DNA of 64,000 bases from Candidatus Omnitrophota bacterium (GTDB taxonomy: Bacteria; Omnitrophota; Omnitrophia; Omnitrophales; Aquincolibacteriaceae): the NCBI GenBank assembly GCA_030698625.1, contig JAUYMS010000030.1:148016-212015 (forward strand). The letters run 5' to 3'. Positions 13,001 to 20,335 of the stretch are shown piece after piece (within the stretch, counting starts at the first letter, position 1; each line of letters begins with the position of its first letter). The notes beneath the pieces are model-generated. The model had not been told where the DNA came from. It did not search any database and saw nothing but the letters and a program-made list of their open reading frames with translations. The position numbers and the translations under genes were made by a program.

Positions 13001-16000
13001 GGCTGGCAGAAGGGCGTTTTCTACAAGGATTACGAAGACCTTTTAGATCAAGCCCGCAAGTTTGAAGCGAGCAATGATGAGGCCTTGAAGTCCCGCCTCG
13101 CAAAGTATGTGACCGGCAACATGGCGACTGAGATGGGTCTTACTGATGAAGCCCTTGCCGAATTGATTGAATCCATAGAAGTCGATCTCAAGAATCTTAC
13201 CGTCAGCGTTCGCTTCAAAGACGGCAAAATGGGCCGCGACCGCCTGATCGCCCCGATGAATAACGGCGATCTGCCGGAGACGGTCGTTTATCAATTGTTT
13301 CAAAACGGGCAGTCCTGGGGTTTTAAAGAAGCTGTTTGGGAGTGGCCGGTCACGTACCGGCGCACCTACTGGTGGACTTATGAGGATAGAAATGTCGCGA
13401 AGGTCCTGTATGAAAACGACACGGTCTCAAAAATCGAATGGCGAATACGATCGAAAGTGACATCCGCGGGGATGCCTTGCTTCGGTGAAGAATGCCCGGC
13501 TCCTGTGGTGAAAACCTACGATAATCTGTACCAGGTCGACTCCTATACTCACCACGACGCGCAGATCGAAATCACTCAAGAATATACCGGAACGAAGCAT
13601 CCCGACGCAGAGGTTGTGGCAATCGAATTCATAGGGAGCGAGAGATTTAAACCCGCTTACCGTAAGGATGTTCTAACGCTCCGGAAGCTCCGCGACGGGC
13701 AGTATCACATCGAGAGGGTCACGGAATACGACACGGAGGGCCAGGTTATTGCGACAACAACCTTCGAGTATGCCACCCTGGGTGCGGCTTCGACGTTGAG
13801 CCGCGTGATTCGCTGGGACGCTGCCGAACGTCTGCACACTTCTTCGGCCGTAATAACCGGAGGCAACACCGCGCGTATTACGGTCGGGGGTCAGCATTTC
13901 TATGTGACGGTCACCTTTGACAGCTATGAGACTTTGCTCAATCACATGAAAGCCCTGGAAGTGCACCCGAACGCGGTTCTCACGGAAGCCGTGAAGAAGG
14001 CCGCGTTGGTACAGCTCTCTGACAAAATGGCTCTATCAATGGCCCACCTCGAAGCCATGATCGAAGAGATCGAAGTTACCCAAGGCTACGAAGTCATCGT
14101 GAGGTTTAAAGAAGGGAATATGGGCGATGATCGCAAGTTTCGCATGCTCGAGGATGCAAGCCTTCCTGCCGCCGCAAGAGTCAGCTTCGGACAGGAAATC
14201 AGAATCGGCGACGATGGCGAAGTGCTTGGTCTCGCCGCCCACACCGTAAGGATGGAATGGGACCTGTTGAATGGCCACAATCTCAGAGGCTCCATGTCGA
14301 TCGATCCGCAGGGACGCATCACCCATATAGGTTGGAACCAGACGGCTCCGGTGACGGATTGGTGTAAGGGCCCCATTTGCCCTGCGTATATGCCGGGTCC
14401 GGTCACTGTTGCCTACTTTATCGAAACCTATCTCTATGGGGACGACGGTATCAAGATCGTTCGCCGGGATTTCGAAGTCGGACCCAACGGCGAAATTTCG
14501 AAGAGGATCGCGGCGGAGGATACCTATGACACCATCATCCTCGGCGATGTCACGTCGGTCATTGAATTGAAAAGGATGGGCGACAAGCGGTTTCACGTCT
14601 CGTCGGTCACCGATTACGACGGAAAAGGAAATCTTGTCGCTGTGACCCGTTTCTCCTACTTGACCGCAACGACGCTCATCGCCTGCATCCCCGGTGAAGA
14701 ATGCAATACGGTTTCTACGGTTTCTGTAGGCCTTGCTTTCCTGAGGCGCAAGAATGCGGCCGGGGAATTGTTGTCGGAAATCCGCTTTAATTTTACCGCG
14801 GGTTCAAAAGTCGCGACGATCAAGCGCGCCGACGGTGAAGAGCTAAGGGTTGACTACGACAGCTTTCGCGGGCTTCTCGATGCCGCGGCAGTATTTGAGA
14901 ATCAAGTGAACGAACAGATTGCCCTCGCCAAAGAGCTCGCCGAGGCGCTAAAGCGCGCCATGTCGGACAACGGCAATTGGGATGTCAATCAGGACGGCGT
15001 GGTGGACTATAATGATGTCAGCTATGTCTGGACCGGCTACGAAACGGTCCTTCGGGTGCTTGATCAGCTTCCTGAGCCTATCCTGACGGCGCTCGATTTC
15101 GATCAGGACGGCAAAGTGACCAAAAAAGACCATGCCGAAGTACGCCGCAGGATTCTGGAAAGCATCTGGAGAGAGCATGACATCCGTGAGGCCAAGGTGC
15201 TGCTCGAGCGGATGCTTCAGTTTGATTTCGGCATGATGCGTCAGACGGTGCTCGACCTCATGGCCGAAGGCAAGATCAAGTTTGAAGTCGATGTGAAGAA
15301 TATGCGGGCGAGTATCTGGATTGACCCGGGCGTCAGGCGCGACGGCATTCTCATTGACGGCGCGAACCTGACCAATTTGCTCGGCAGCCGGGCGCTGCCT
15401 CAGACAATCAACGTAAAACTCGGGCGCGATACCGAGCTAGTTGCTTTAATAGCTATTTGCGGAGTAGACGTATCCGGCGAGAAAATCTGTGGAGCCCCTG
15501 ATAGGGCGCCGGCAAAACTGCATCTTCGCTCAGCAGAATTCGAAGCGGCCGATAATCGTTTTGGCCGCAACAAGAACCTCTTCATTAAGCTTGATTATCG
15601 GAAGACCTACCGGGAAAAGGCCGATGACCGGTTCGTGCTGTTTTTGGACGGCGATAATCTACTGAAGGGTGTCGAGATCTACGAGGGGAACCCGAATATC
15701 GTCTGCATCACGACCCCTTGCCCGACCGGTAAGCTGATTCAGGGCATTTCCTATGCCTATGAAAATAATATCGCGGTCAGCGCCACGATCGACTACCTCC
15801 ACGCGGGCGTGAATCAGCCGACCCATCGTGAGGTAACATTCAAGGCGCTCGGCCAGTCGCAGGGCGGTTCCGACCACTGGGCGCGTCGCGGTAACTATAT
15901 TGATACCGTAGCCGATTATATTGACGGTCAGCTCATCGTGAAATCGAAGTTCGATTACTTGCAGACGGCGGTGTTGTGCCCGGCGTCCGTTGCGCCTGAC

Positions 16001-19000
16001 GGCGGTGGCGTGGGTCTTCCGCTCGGCCCCTGCACGGGCGGGGATGTCGCGTTAGCGTCCATTACCCGCACCGGCGAGAACGGTGAATTCCTGTCGGCGA
16101 TCGCCGGAATCAAGAGCGCCGAAGGATTCGGCTTTGACTGGGCGGCAACGGTTGAGATTCATGAAGGCAGAAGTGCCCAGCTCGGATTCAACGTTTACGA
16201 AGAGCTGTTTGATAAGGTGCGGCAGTTTGAAACTATCAACGAGCGTGAGATTGCCCGCCTCGTCGAGATCCTCAAAGAAGGCATTCTGAAGAATACATTC
16301 TCCATGCATGAACAGGACATCGAAAAGGCGATCAAAGACGGTCTGATAACCTTTGTAGTCGATCCGAAAACGAATACGGCGAAGATCCATCTTGACCCGA
16401 AAGTACGCACGAAGCAGTGGGCGGCCGCTCTGTTTGATCCCTTAAAGGCCATGCGCCATGACTGGGACGGCGAACTGCCGGCGGTTGTGGAAGTGAAGTT
16501 CGGCAATGGCCCGCTTATTCTGGCCGGCTGCGCCTGGGGTTTTATCTGTGACATTCCTCAGCCGAAGCATATCGTGGAAGCGACGTTTATCGTCGGCGCC
16601 AAGGATGAGAACGGTCTTTTCGTCGAGCATTTACCGACGGGTTATCTCGTGAAATACATGCCCGAAGTTGAAGATGGGGAAATACGTATCATCGGCGTAT
16701 CCGGGGACAACCGGCCGCACTCGGTTGAGGTCTATCAAGCGACGCCGTATAGGGAATGTGCCCAATTCAATCCGTTTGGCTGCGGCGCACTTTTGCAGAC
16801 GATCGCCTATACCTATGGGGAAGACGGAAGAACGGCGACAGCCCTGATTGAGACTCTCATGGAGGATGGCACGGTTAGCCGCCGTGATGAAGTTACTCTC
16901 ACCAGGCTTGGCGACGGCCTCTGGTATGTGGATACCGTCAATAATAGCAAGTTCGTCTATCTGATCAGTATGGTTGTCTATGACTGCATCGAGGGTGTCG
17001 AGTGCATTCCTCCGCCGCCGATGGTGCACCTGGCCTTCATTCAGGGCAAGGACCGCCACGGAAACGATCTCTACAGCATTAACGATATCAAAACTTCCGA
17101 TACTGCCGGCTATCGCTACGAAGCAACGGTTTATACACAGGGCGAAAGAATTAAGACCGTTGTTAAATATAATAATTATCAGGAACTATTTGATGCGGCG
17201 CTGGCTCTCACGCATGTGGTCTCAGTCCATGCCCTTGATTTTACCGAGCCCCTGGAAGTACGCCTCCTTGATGACGGCAGCTATGAATCGATCTATAAGG
17301 GAGCTACTTATCAGAGCGATGCCGACGGCAAGGTCGAAATTCCCGGCACCCTCGAGGACTTAATGTTCCATTTCAACGATGACGGAACTCTCGAGAGTAT
17401 GACCTTCACGAACGGCAATAACACCATGACGGTCACCTTTGAAGAAGACGGCGCCGGGAACCTTCGCGTCAAGACCGAAACCGCCGAAGGCGGCTTCGGC
17501 TGGACCAAGACTTTTGACTACGCTGAAAAGTCTGTGACATGGGAATTTAGTTTTGGGATTCAAAAGGAACTTTTCTATGACTTGCCACAGGCGAATTTAA
17601 GGAATAACGGCAGCGGCCTGAGCTATGAGGGAAATGTATTCGTCGAGCTCATGTCAGGGATGGCGCCGTCAGTAGGGCGGCCCTACTTTTGGCACAAGAC
17701 TCTGGATGGCAAATACTACCGCTTTATCCAGATCGGCGATGCCTTTGACCTGAATGACGTGGATTGGCTCCAGGTCCAAGAAAGAAACACCGATGCCCTG
17801 CGCGCGCTGTTGCGCGACGACATTATGCTCCTGGGTCACGATCAGCTCGAGACCGCAGAAGAAGACGACCTGGTCTTTACGGCCGACCTCAGATTAGGGG
17901 TCAACGGTTTTCCGGTTAAGGTGAAATTTCCCGACGGCACCGAAAAGACCATGCAGGCCGAAGTATCAGCCGACCGCAAGATAGTCTTGACGGTCGCGAT
18001 GCCTGATGGCACGAAGCGCACCTATGTAAGCGAAATTACAGCTGAAGGCAAAATCCTTCCGCTGCGATTGAAGCCCTCCTTTGAAGTTGTCCACGAGATG
18101 GAGTTTGGTGCAGGGCGTGTGATTTTGGAAGAGGGAACGGACAGTGCCGGTAATGCGCAGTTGGAAGCGCTGGTGCAGGCGCGGGACGGAGACGGTTGGA
18201 AGACCTTAAAGAAGTTTCGGATCAAAAAGGACACTGTCAAAAGAGGACACTCGCAAGTGACGCGGCAGCCATGCAGCGACTCTAAGCCATGTGACACCGG
18301 CGGCCATCCGACGCTTTCCATGGAAACCCTCGACGGCGAGCAACTCCTTTTTATCGACAATTCTGTCAGCGGACCCGGCTATACGATCGCTCATGACGGC
18401 ACGCCAGATCAACCCGTTTCAGTTACAGAAAGCTATGCCCTGCGTCGCAGTCTCCGGGAAGGTGGGGAGGGCGAGTGGCAGATCATTCCGACCTACAAAT
18501 ATAGAACATGGGCTCTGGTGCAAACCGAAGTGACCACCTATGACGACTACGGTCAACGCTCGAGTGTTGCGACAGAGAGACGCGGACCACACGGGACCGT
18601 GATCGTAGTGACCGAGGAATTCTACCCCATACCGCCGTGGAGTGACATGGCACAGCGGCCTACAACATACTTCCTGGAAATATACGGTACGGCCGGCGTG
18701 ATCTTGGGAAAAACGGAAATCGGCCAGGAGTTTAGGAGCGAAGCAGATGCCGGGCTCCTGACCGAAGTCCTGGGGATTGACCCCGAAGGACAAGCCGTCC
18801 GAGTTGAGATCAAAGACGATGAGGTTATTCTATTTATCACCAACAGCAAGGGCCAGCCAGTGCTGATCAACCGCACGGGCTTTGGCGTCTTTACGATGAA
18901 CTATGGAACCGATATGGCTGAAGTGCGCATCAAGCACGAGGACGGCACGATTGAGATTCGCCGTTACAAGTGCGTGCCGGGCTGGAATCCGGGCCGCGAA

Positions 19001-20209
19001 CCGATCTGGGTTCCGATCGAGATCGAACCGATTGAACTGCCCGATCTGCCGACCCCTGATCCCCGCAAGCCGGTGCCCGGGTTCGAAGAATGGGTCTTAG
19101 GTCTTCACGTTGAAACGGAATTTATCTACCCCGACGGCACGAGCGAGATCGTCACGGTTGTGCAACCTAAGGTTGAGCCTGTAGTCGTCGAAGGCGCTGA
19201 TTTCGAAGCGGCAGCGTTGACGACGATGAAGGGTTTTGACGGCATCGACACGAGCGGTCTTAATACGCGCGGCGAGGGTCACGGCCCCGGTTTCATTACG
19301 ATGCGTAAAGGTCATGAACAGGGCGCTTATGGTTTCAATTACTTTGTCGGCACATCAAAAGGGGCCCAGGTCAAGGCGCAGGCGATGACGAGCGGTGAGC
19401 CTATGACGCTCGGCTCCCAGACGGTCATCGCGATGAAGGGGAACCGCCGCGACCGCGGTGCGATCAATGCAAGAGTCCGGCTTTATGATGCCTCCGGCAA
19501 CGAGGTAGTCTTCCTTTTTAAGCTTAGGGAGATCATGCAAAACTTCATCATGAATCTGAATCAGTCAAACTTCGATGCCTCACGGGTCATCGGGATGAGT
19601 ATTGAAATCGATCAGGAAACGACCAACCTCACAAAGGGCAGCGTGGACTTTTACCTCGGGCAGGTTGATACCGAGGTCCCGCTTGAAGTCGGTAAGAGTA
19701 CCGCCTCCGACAGCGTGAACCGTCTTATTGCTCAGCACCAGGCCCGCGTCCTCGCCGGCAGTAAGTACATGACACTGTTCGAGCCTGAGGAACGCGAGGG
19801 CGTGAAGGGTTATGCGGCACGCTATGATATTCGCCACGGTCGTAATGATGAGGCCGCTCTGGTTGTCGCCGCTGAAGAAGACGAGCCGATAATGTTCGGC
19901 GGCGATACGCTGGATTTCTGGATGCAGGCCGCAGAGACTGAGAAAGACACCGTGGCCTTCGAAAACCTGAAACTCGAGCTCACGATCATGGCCGACGACG
20001 GACAGATGGTGACCACTGAAATTTATGTGACCAAGCAGGCACAACTCTATCAGATCGACCTCTCCAAACTGGACCCCAACTTTAAGGCCAAGAAGATTAA
20101 AGACATCGTCATCAAGGCCAGCCGTAAGGCCGAAAACGCCGTACAGCGCGCGCAATTCAGCTTTTGGCTCAAGGCCCTGGCCGACAAACTGCACGTCCCT
20201 ACCGCCTAA
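1019..20209 (+). CDS. giant secreted multidomain protein (6,396 aa). It has an N-terminal signal peptide, an acidic region, at least 6 repeated alpha-helical modules, YD/Rhs-like beta-repeat stretches, recurring Cys-pair loops (CFGEECP, CIPGEECN, CAFGEECA, CIEGVECI) and two dockerin-type Ca-binding repeat modules.
   Basis: Single uninterrupted 19.2-kb ORF. Signal peptide MLPETANKFIASLIIVTMTLTQAVPYGFA. Dockerin-like DMNQDGVVDQAD...DLNFDGVVDAKD (about nt 12830-12960) and DVNQDGVVDYND...DFDQDGKVTKKD (about nt 14980-15140). YD-like motifs (TEYDTEGQVIATTTFEY, SVTDYDGKGNLVAVTRFSY). Repeated modules ...YEELFDKVRQFE...IEVDLK...RFKDGKMG... Antisense and off-frame ORFs inside it are judged spurious. 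Confidence 0.85.
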   Translation: MLPETANKFIASLIIVTMTLTQAVPYGFASDLTLSKTGEYIQETDATAPGTQVESEDLPREYEEFFDDSFSPLSASESEENVETVEVTEEVKEELEKQDLDKIEPVVLELPSGPIDWDLAEDHKLLKEARERYGDRVVSGTGHYPDRNALDYPTTYKFYDKDGNLIATYVGGGLGGADVWTEEPKPLDEALKEYYEKLSAFDDFASGIALKGITLDEIKKLRNIQDRLKEVLEAIIALGEAPGENLLKGFQDRVVMLDDILSSRPLLIKMGDKTLEVNISEAMRAIHEQYRRLGLVTTDDFYRLPGIDAADLAGHETFAQYLDSRQVGITTVISVFKGLSSYGNLTLIHGLFVKYIEQYGNIMMGDDRDADGYPEVNYTVFARLVNGTEIARREALATVHRMIAERGIKVPSGGTESFEELLELVKSIDKLDEDLKKVLGDYIDSLDLEEVFKRDVQNEINNVIRNTYDNFIRNFRDMFKDHNTPPGGLLREHDIRFPSGNTLSLDDIVDFISKSENLHQVMLAANADFKEGLGDSNTGLTNTIRRLLDSKISTIMHDLMSHVTNTINARQTFIDDIVTDHEWSHPLHIEGALTFEDFSNYTVELLSLQQSMKDRLAASEERVNAASSQFLNTVRNALTYKISGFMTRTKNEIKMTIRTRDTELNTIIAEHNINFSSAQPVTFEWLLNRVNGVDDLGRELSEKLQAFKGKMGEITNDDGLVNLILTEMRYQVDGATIWENNSRIVFPGLYKTIREGLERVITNVNVEFDIEGLGKVVITAGDLNALTNGLPSDIASLMRFPGIMEKLTEEQLHELEKRDREVLRRNCCFDGRNAQADAGNLSIFGRRIQLTGLFLQAAGAEVVNADGYVDRDAYRRALLMNDRLEALYNAAQLVIEGSVMRVDELVRDISKGISLETYERLYQLIKDTNGAVTDIIKLALDGVIHSARSMVLDMLQDDFNVLLRKIDGILAEAPIQIRIGDKVYVVDSRKVRDAMHQLLNMLTVRNDNNYSKEQYARLTGVTQELLQTLQTDYELNASRQIRIDWREPTYSRDMNQTISLNEFLYRMIPVILKSFGEVILGEDGEVSYVNIEDQLLEGANAPVEKGQDLQTVFGDLVAKRFKDAKEKLHSFDFSKWEDRIAAEKLIYGLVYGLEKEIAYLLQVLNASEIGVLNAELNKYNYYSWNRRGERFNDTVFGRPSFYALWEYFVYRMLVAPRTALLPDGRVLKIDVQSIRSIPGFPYQRSFDEELFPGIVDGDFDGAEKLQYLHSGPFQLMKDADRSLEDFLQAQTERDKFIINLVLRHYAHLDEIPEIYKGRLFVANEDGTVSLNTEIFRRLIKGIDLLHQQILKQVKEWTAEALESLQALKKVPMTVASIKELYAAVMAHRTKIMEYLNGLTRKHEKEDVMEMEEDVTAIYKAMVDEMIHYMRDNDLVTQAGGREVVIPYGQLTQLLMKALEEKFPGEDISAHHFASFYGISIEDLRPANKLEEFLGMQIIALPRNSQYVEIISKLSEIGVMEVLEKAMAAYGEMALRSDGTLDPEKLVELLLDGNLAVKRANERADEIARKVREGLAAIEKPLTNQSFAEMATLIDNMKIEFINVMNDMVSGFEREMFDAVQSHVSSLYQETIKLRIDMLTQNPIQITGHDGSQFTLDLRGIESEVVGRIMALLLQLPEEKKIFDLISSPIYRSETEPRVFTSKVSFANTTMMVEPAMALEEKAVIDTGYLIRLPIYRPWQPWYPLPGNVDPKDTLTQFGFYQLLVRLAEKFGSFATDENGDFSLGNFLAELEKTDLDRFNRRIKMLEDEVTAELASRVPEDANDPVSLGAVIGMQDYLDKSRERFLKALGTMLNDDQNKSNAISSANAAWTRVMNKYEALILERKVTMQIHGRTVTFDGKVLHEILVEEYNQHPDFIDSYKEGGETNSAYSNYRTLYRDYDNKRYYDNDSNSFRDDAEDLEKKNLRYPFDLGELKRIPAISHKDLVGLDVNSKNQVKLSFLADAKELLKGRLNMRVFAPGAAIQTVGVATSSMKSSSVMAMAEMSVRYEDVSYDKVLLGNYIEIDERRVKYVPRRYLDVSKRDAIFRMLPAMIMDHWRSLVVNGVVDADKFRELLRDPEGMKQREKQLVLDSLKSQIEAFRKALVSGDPDMPAIGLTGIVERDGNGYSLVVYEPRLYKYLLEHTDADTGRLKADAVTDELLALTSLTKDQLIERPINEWRVKLPHVSYRLPQDKIYPIYYEEDVMLSSLKAESDSSILRFPSPRWYDLVGKTINIMKANVSFQVNDKGVVEGVIHEAVGVTPLKHAEQAKELLLNSSQARLAKQLRDAYIEQFVTGDNPDLPKGLKAAIAAYLKVGIEDIVSIAAEARDFIRCLGGNCPTWSKTLSVWAVVDGVKKHFAGVATGGWWGFILEPIREPVYRTLDDAVDEMIADERRVDFMPERAPSVFLIETDPLIDGRALEAIADAAKVAVEQITAVDFKRHENRIVCKGPGCDVWSGDLRVTVKQGDNPEKHFEGEIVKIFEPSKLNGYRQYRVTLEEYVPVHEHLSRIDLSAWWGDIHYIDNKQAVIYGQYGRNDENKNGHFAAIVDPRTGEILRYLKDRAGWLTGAVSENKRYAAFFENDNFNINVLIYDLHTGTSTSYRIENYYTWGAGTKKDGYLDFLVSDSGKIHVLHRGQMPDRNTYGPHEVRVYGSDGKIESRVAFEGDANDAYLKLVMRGNWIYAIGNRKANASSSHPGDLILIQRIKVKGNDLEMGEASRVNAGIEAWELDIAEGSRWITVYDFNKPRFTFVYFGKDPSEDKLADIPPVNTAGGSQQARNYSAYDPKGILLVFTRFYYMNEKERDRLSVYDTKTGTSKSYDFRTIMQYLGIGGPDDGFVKNFGFSLNLKTRRFVFSAGVSAPDFYRHRAGENYLYEGSLDDLYALLEIFDEGRRYLELPDGSKQWFNEDGRLIKKIDKDGNVFEVDWKTRTATMTSVYDGSVTTWKNVIADKGYEDDGRYSIGVWYFKNKKDYPDHYFKFGGEFVSRVTTAKNAAYFFDGRSWNGDLGNVIKIQDADGTLELNWNEKTATRTDNDGNVTKFTDISVMQTQGSECASGSGDQLTFCPTWIADYMIQPGYQGIGSYSTRVEKDGITKTGTFQLIGRKMDSAYPKTIVVNGKTVIVDMEALVEALKAAKNKARFDSGVLCFEGCGDAQDLFLLQGVKDVFAIEELNRFEHNPRPRFLIVGPTYSRQGWIDFATELLRRYDEKGLDIFNAINRLMITDVWPPRPFHSQVNNDKVMDIVLRGIEQADPRVARMRKVILSDLAKSYGLKKVEQWYAEGLVRIKVDMKSMTAHVAFDKTLQEQRISGPLVDPLGEFIVPAAMEFNFKEVPDSRINWFTVADPVPAVLELGGIALDVKKVTGTALMAEKSLTIQPAMRLMLTGAAIVYQKSALQLNSFRQEFKVGRIEVSYDTNTWNNNLPSLVNMYDESGNRVKVINMNGFQGSYECAFGEECAFAQVDIWPPSASTPRPLIYYPGNDDITHRFVQFRHGDFDKGIESTLEYQGKDSVTLAVINTFQYRDDGSLETITRTGPDGELSKIELDTTTGDVAARPAPGSRVALITRADGRQRNIFFKNWEELIDRTRQFESEMEDPRAAQVRKLVIAGLDSYGMTREEIEQWLEAGLLKIEVDLKKNQARAVFSEKLQGRRFENAKVHPLGAFIVPAAIQFTFKEEEPFFLSIAPVVSRDGEKEAVDVEYPLDPGLIKPLLPFRKQLILASADIQYEAGGVYGRMSVDYSDTGRLASVKIYSAGELVKEVKYQWFEPCNRWGMCLESIWNDSATVYYPQSTDITRRRVDWNSGGLMTLMIPSGAITGVQEFGLDESGKEVRLFTNEYKYGGNNVLYEEDVDYEPIGSVEDYELTKVVTPYLSKIVRRDAKNNVISTIDMRPFLEKPEFDMNQDGVVDQADAQFMRLALEMAEGKATGDLNFDGVVDAKDLRLFYIGRYAVIRLADGWQKGVFYKDYEDLLDQARKFEASNDEALKSRLAKYVTGNMATEMGLTDEALAELIESIEVDLKNLTVSVRFKDGKMGRDRLIAPMNNGDLPETVVYQLFQNGQSWGFKEAVWEWPVTYRRTYWWTYEDRNVAKVLYENDTVSKIEWRIRSKVTSAGMPCFGEECPAPVVKTYDNLYQVDSYTHHDAQIEITQEYTGTKHPDAEVVAIEFIGSERFKPAYRKDVLTLRKLRDGQYHIERVTEYDTEGQVIATTTFEYATLGAASTLSRVIRWDAAERLHTSSAVITGGNTARITVGGQHFYVTVTFDSYETLLNHMKALEVHPNAVLTEAVKKAALVQLSDKMALSMAHLEAMIEEIEVTQGYEVIVRFKEGNMGDDRKFRMLEDASLPAAARVSFGQEIRIGDDGEVLGLAAHTVRMEWDLLNGHNLRGSMSIDPQGRITHIGWNQTAPVTDWCKGPICPAYMPGPVTVAYFIETYLYGDDGIKIVRRDFEVGPNGEISKRIAAEDTYDTIILGDVTSVIELKRMGDKRFHVSSVTDYDGKGNLVAVTRFSYLTATTLIACIPGEECNTVSTVSVGLAFLRRKNAAGELLSEIRFNFTAGSKVATIKRADGEELRVDYDSFRGLLDAAAVFENQVNEQIALAKELAEALKRAMSDNGNWDVNQDGVVDYNDVSYVWTGYETVLRVLDQLPEPILTALDFDQDGKVTKKDHAEVRRRILESIWREHDIREAKVLLERMLQFDFGMMRQTVLDLMAEGKIKFEVDVKNMRASIWIDPGVRRDGILIDGANLTNLLGSRALPQTINVKLGRDTELVALIAICGVDVSGEKICGAPDRAPAKLHLRSAEFEAADNRFGRNKNLFIKLDYRKTYREKADDRFVLFLDGDNLLKGVEIYEGNPNIVCITTPCPTGKLIQGISYAYENNIAVSATIDYLHAGVNQPTHREVTFKALGQSQGGSDHWARRGNYIDTVADYIDGQLIVKSKFDYLQTAVLCPASVAPDGGGVGLPLGPCTGGDVALASITRTGENGEFLSAIAGIKSAEGFGFDWAATVEIHEGRSAQLGFNVYEELFDKVRQFETINEREIARLVEILKEGILKNTFSMHEQDIEKAIKDGLITFVVDPKTNTAKIHLDPKVRTKQWAAALFDPLKAMRHDWDGELPAVVEVKFGNGPLILAGCAWGFICDIPQPKHIVEATFIVGAKDENGLFVEHLPTGYLVKYMPEVEDGEIRIIGVSGDNRPHSVEVYQATPYRECAQFNPFGCGALLQTIAYTYGEDGRTATALIETLMEDGTVSRRDEVTLTRLGDGLWYVDTVNNSKFVYLISMVVYDCIEGVECIPPPPMVHLAFIQGKDRHGNDLYSINDIKTSDTAGYRYEATVYTQGERIKTVVKYNNYQELFDAALALTHVVSVHALDFTEPLEVRLLDDGSYESIYKGATYQSDADGKVEIPGTLEDLMFHFNDDGTLESMTFTNGNNTMTVTFEEDGAGNLRVKTETAEGGFGWTKTFDYAEKSVTWEFSFGIQKELFYDLPQANLRNNGSGLSYEGNVFVELMSGMAPSVGRPYFWHKTLDGKYYRFIQIGDAFDLNDVDWLQVQERNTDALRALLRDDIMLLGHDQLETAEEDDLVFTADLRLGVNGFPVKVKFPDGTEKTMQAEVSADRKIVLTVAMPDGTKRTYVSEITAEGKILPLRLKPSFEVVHEMEFGAGRVILEEGTDSAGNAQLEALVQARDGDGWKTLKKFRIKKDTVKRGHSQVTRQPCSDSKPCDTGGHPTLSMETLDGEQLLFIDNSVSGPGYTIAHDGTPDQPVSVTESYALRRSLREGGEGEWQIIPTYKYRTWALVQTEVTTYDDYGQRSSVATERRGPHGTVIVVTEEFYPIPPWSDMAQRPTTYFLEIYGTAGVILGKTEIGQEFRSEADAGLLTEVLGIDPEGQAVRVEIKDDEVILFITNSKGQPVLINRTGFGVFTMNYGTDMAEVRIKHEDGTIEIRRYKCVPGWNPGREPIWVPIEIEPIELPDLPTPDPRKPVPGFEEWVLGLHVETEFIYPDGTSEIVTVVQPKVEPVVVEGADFEAAALTTMKGFDGIDTSGLNTRGEGHGPGFITMRKGHEQGAYGFNYFVGTSKGAQVKAQAMTSGEPMTLGSQTVIAMKGNRRDRGAINARVRLYDASGNEVVFLFKLREIMQNFIMNLNQSNFDASRVIGMSIEIDQETTNLTKGSVDFYLGQVDTEVPLEVGKSTASDSVNRLIAQHQARVLAGSKYMTLFEPEEREGVKGYAARYDIRHGRNDEAALVVAAEEDEPIMFGGDTLDFWMQAAETEKDTVAFENLKLELTIMADDGQMVTTEIYVTKQAQLYQIDLSKLDPNFKAKKIKDIVIKASRKAENAVQRAQFSFWLKALADKLHVPTA

Positions 20210-20335
20210 AAAACGTCTCAAACTTAGCCCAATTCCCCAATCTTACTAAATCCGTTTGAAAAGATGGTAATCAGCACGTATACTTGATAAAGAAGACAAG
20301 ATATTAATCAATAACTAGCATTAGAGCGCACGCAA

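Noticed and set aside
1093-20221. Dozens of 60-460-aa ORFs on the minus strand or in other frames inside the giant gene (for example 8348-9736 -, 19580-20221 -, 16631-17059 -)
   Set aside because: They lie entirely within a 19-kb ORF that has coherent domain content and a signal peptide. They have no RBS, no recognisable motifs, and are the expected antisense frames of GC-rich coding sequence.
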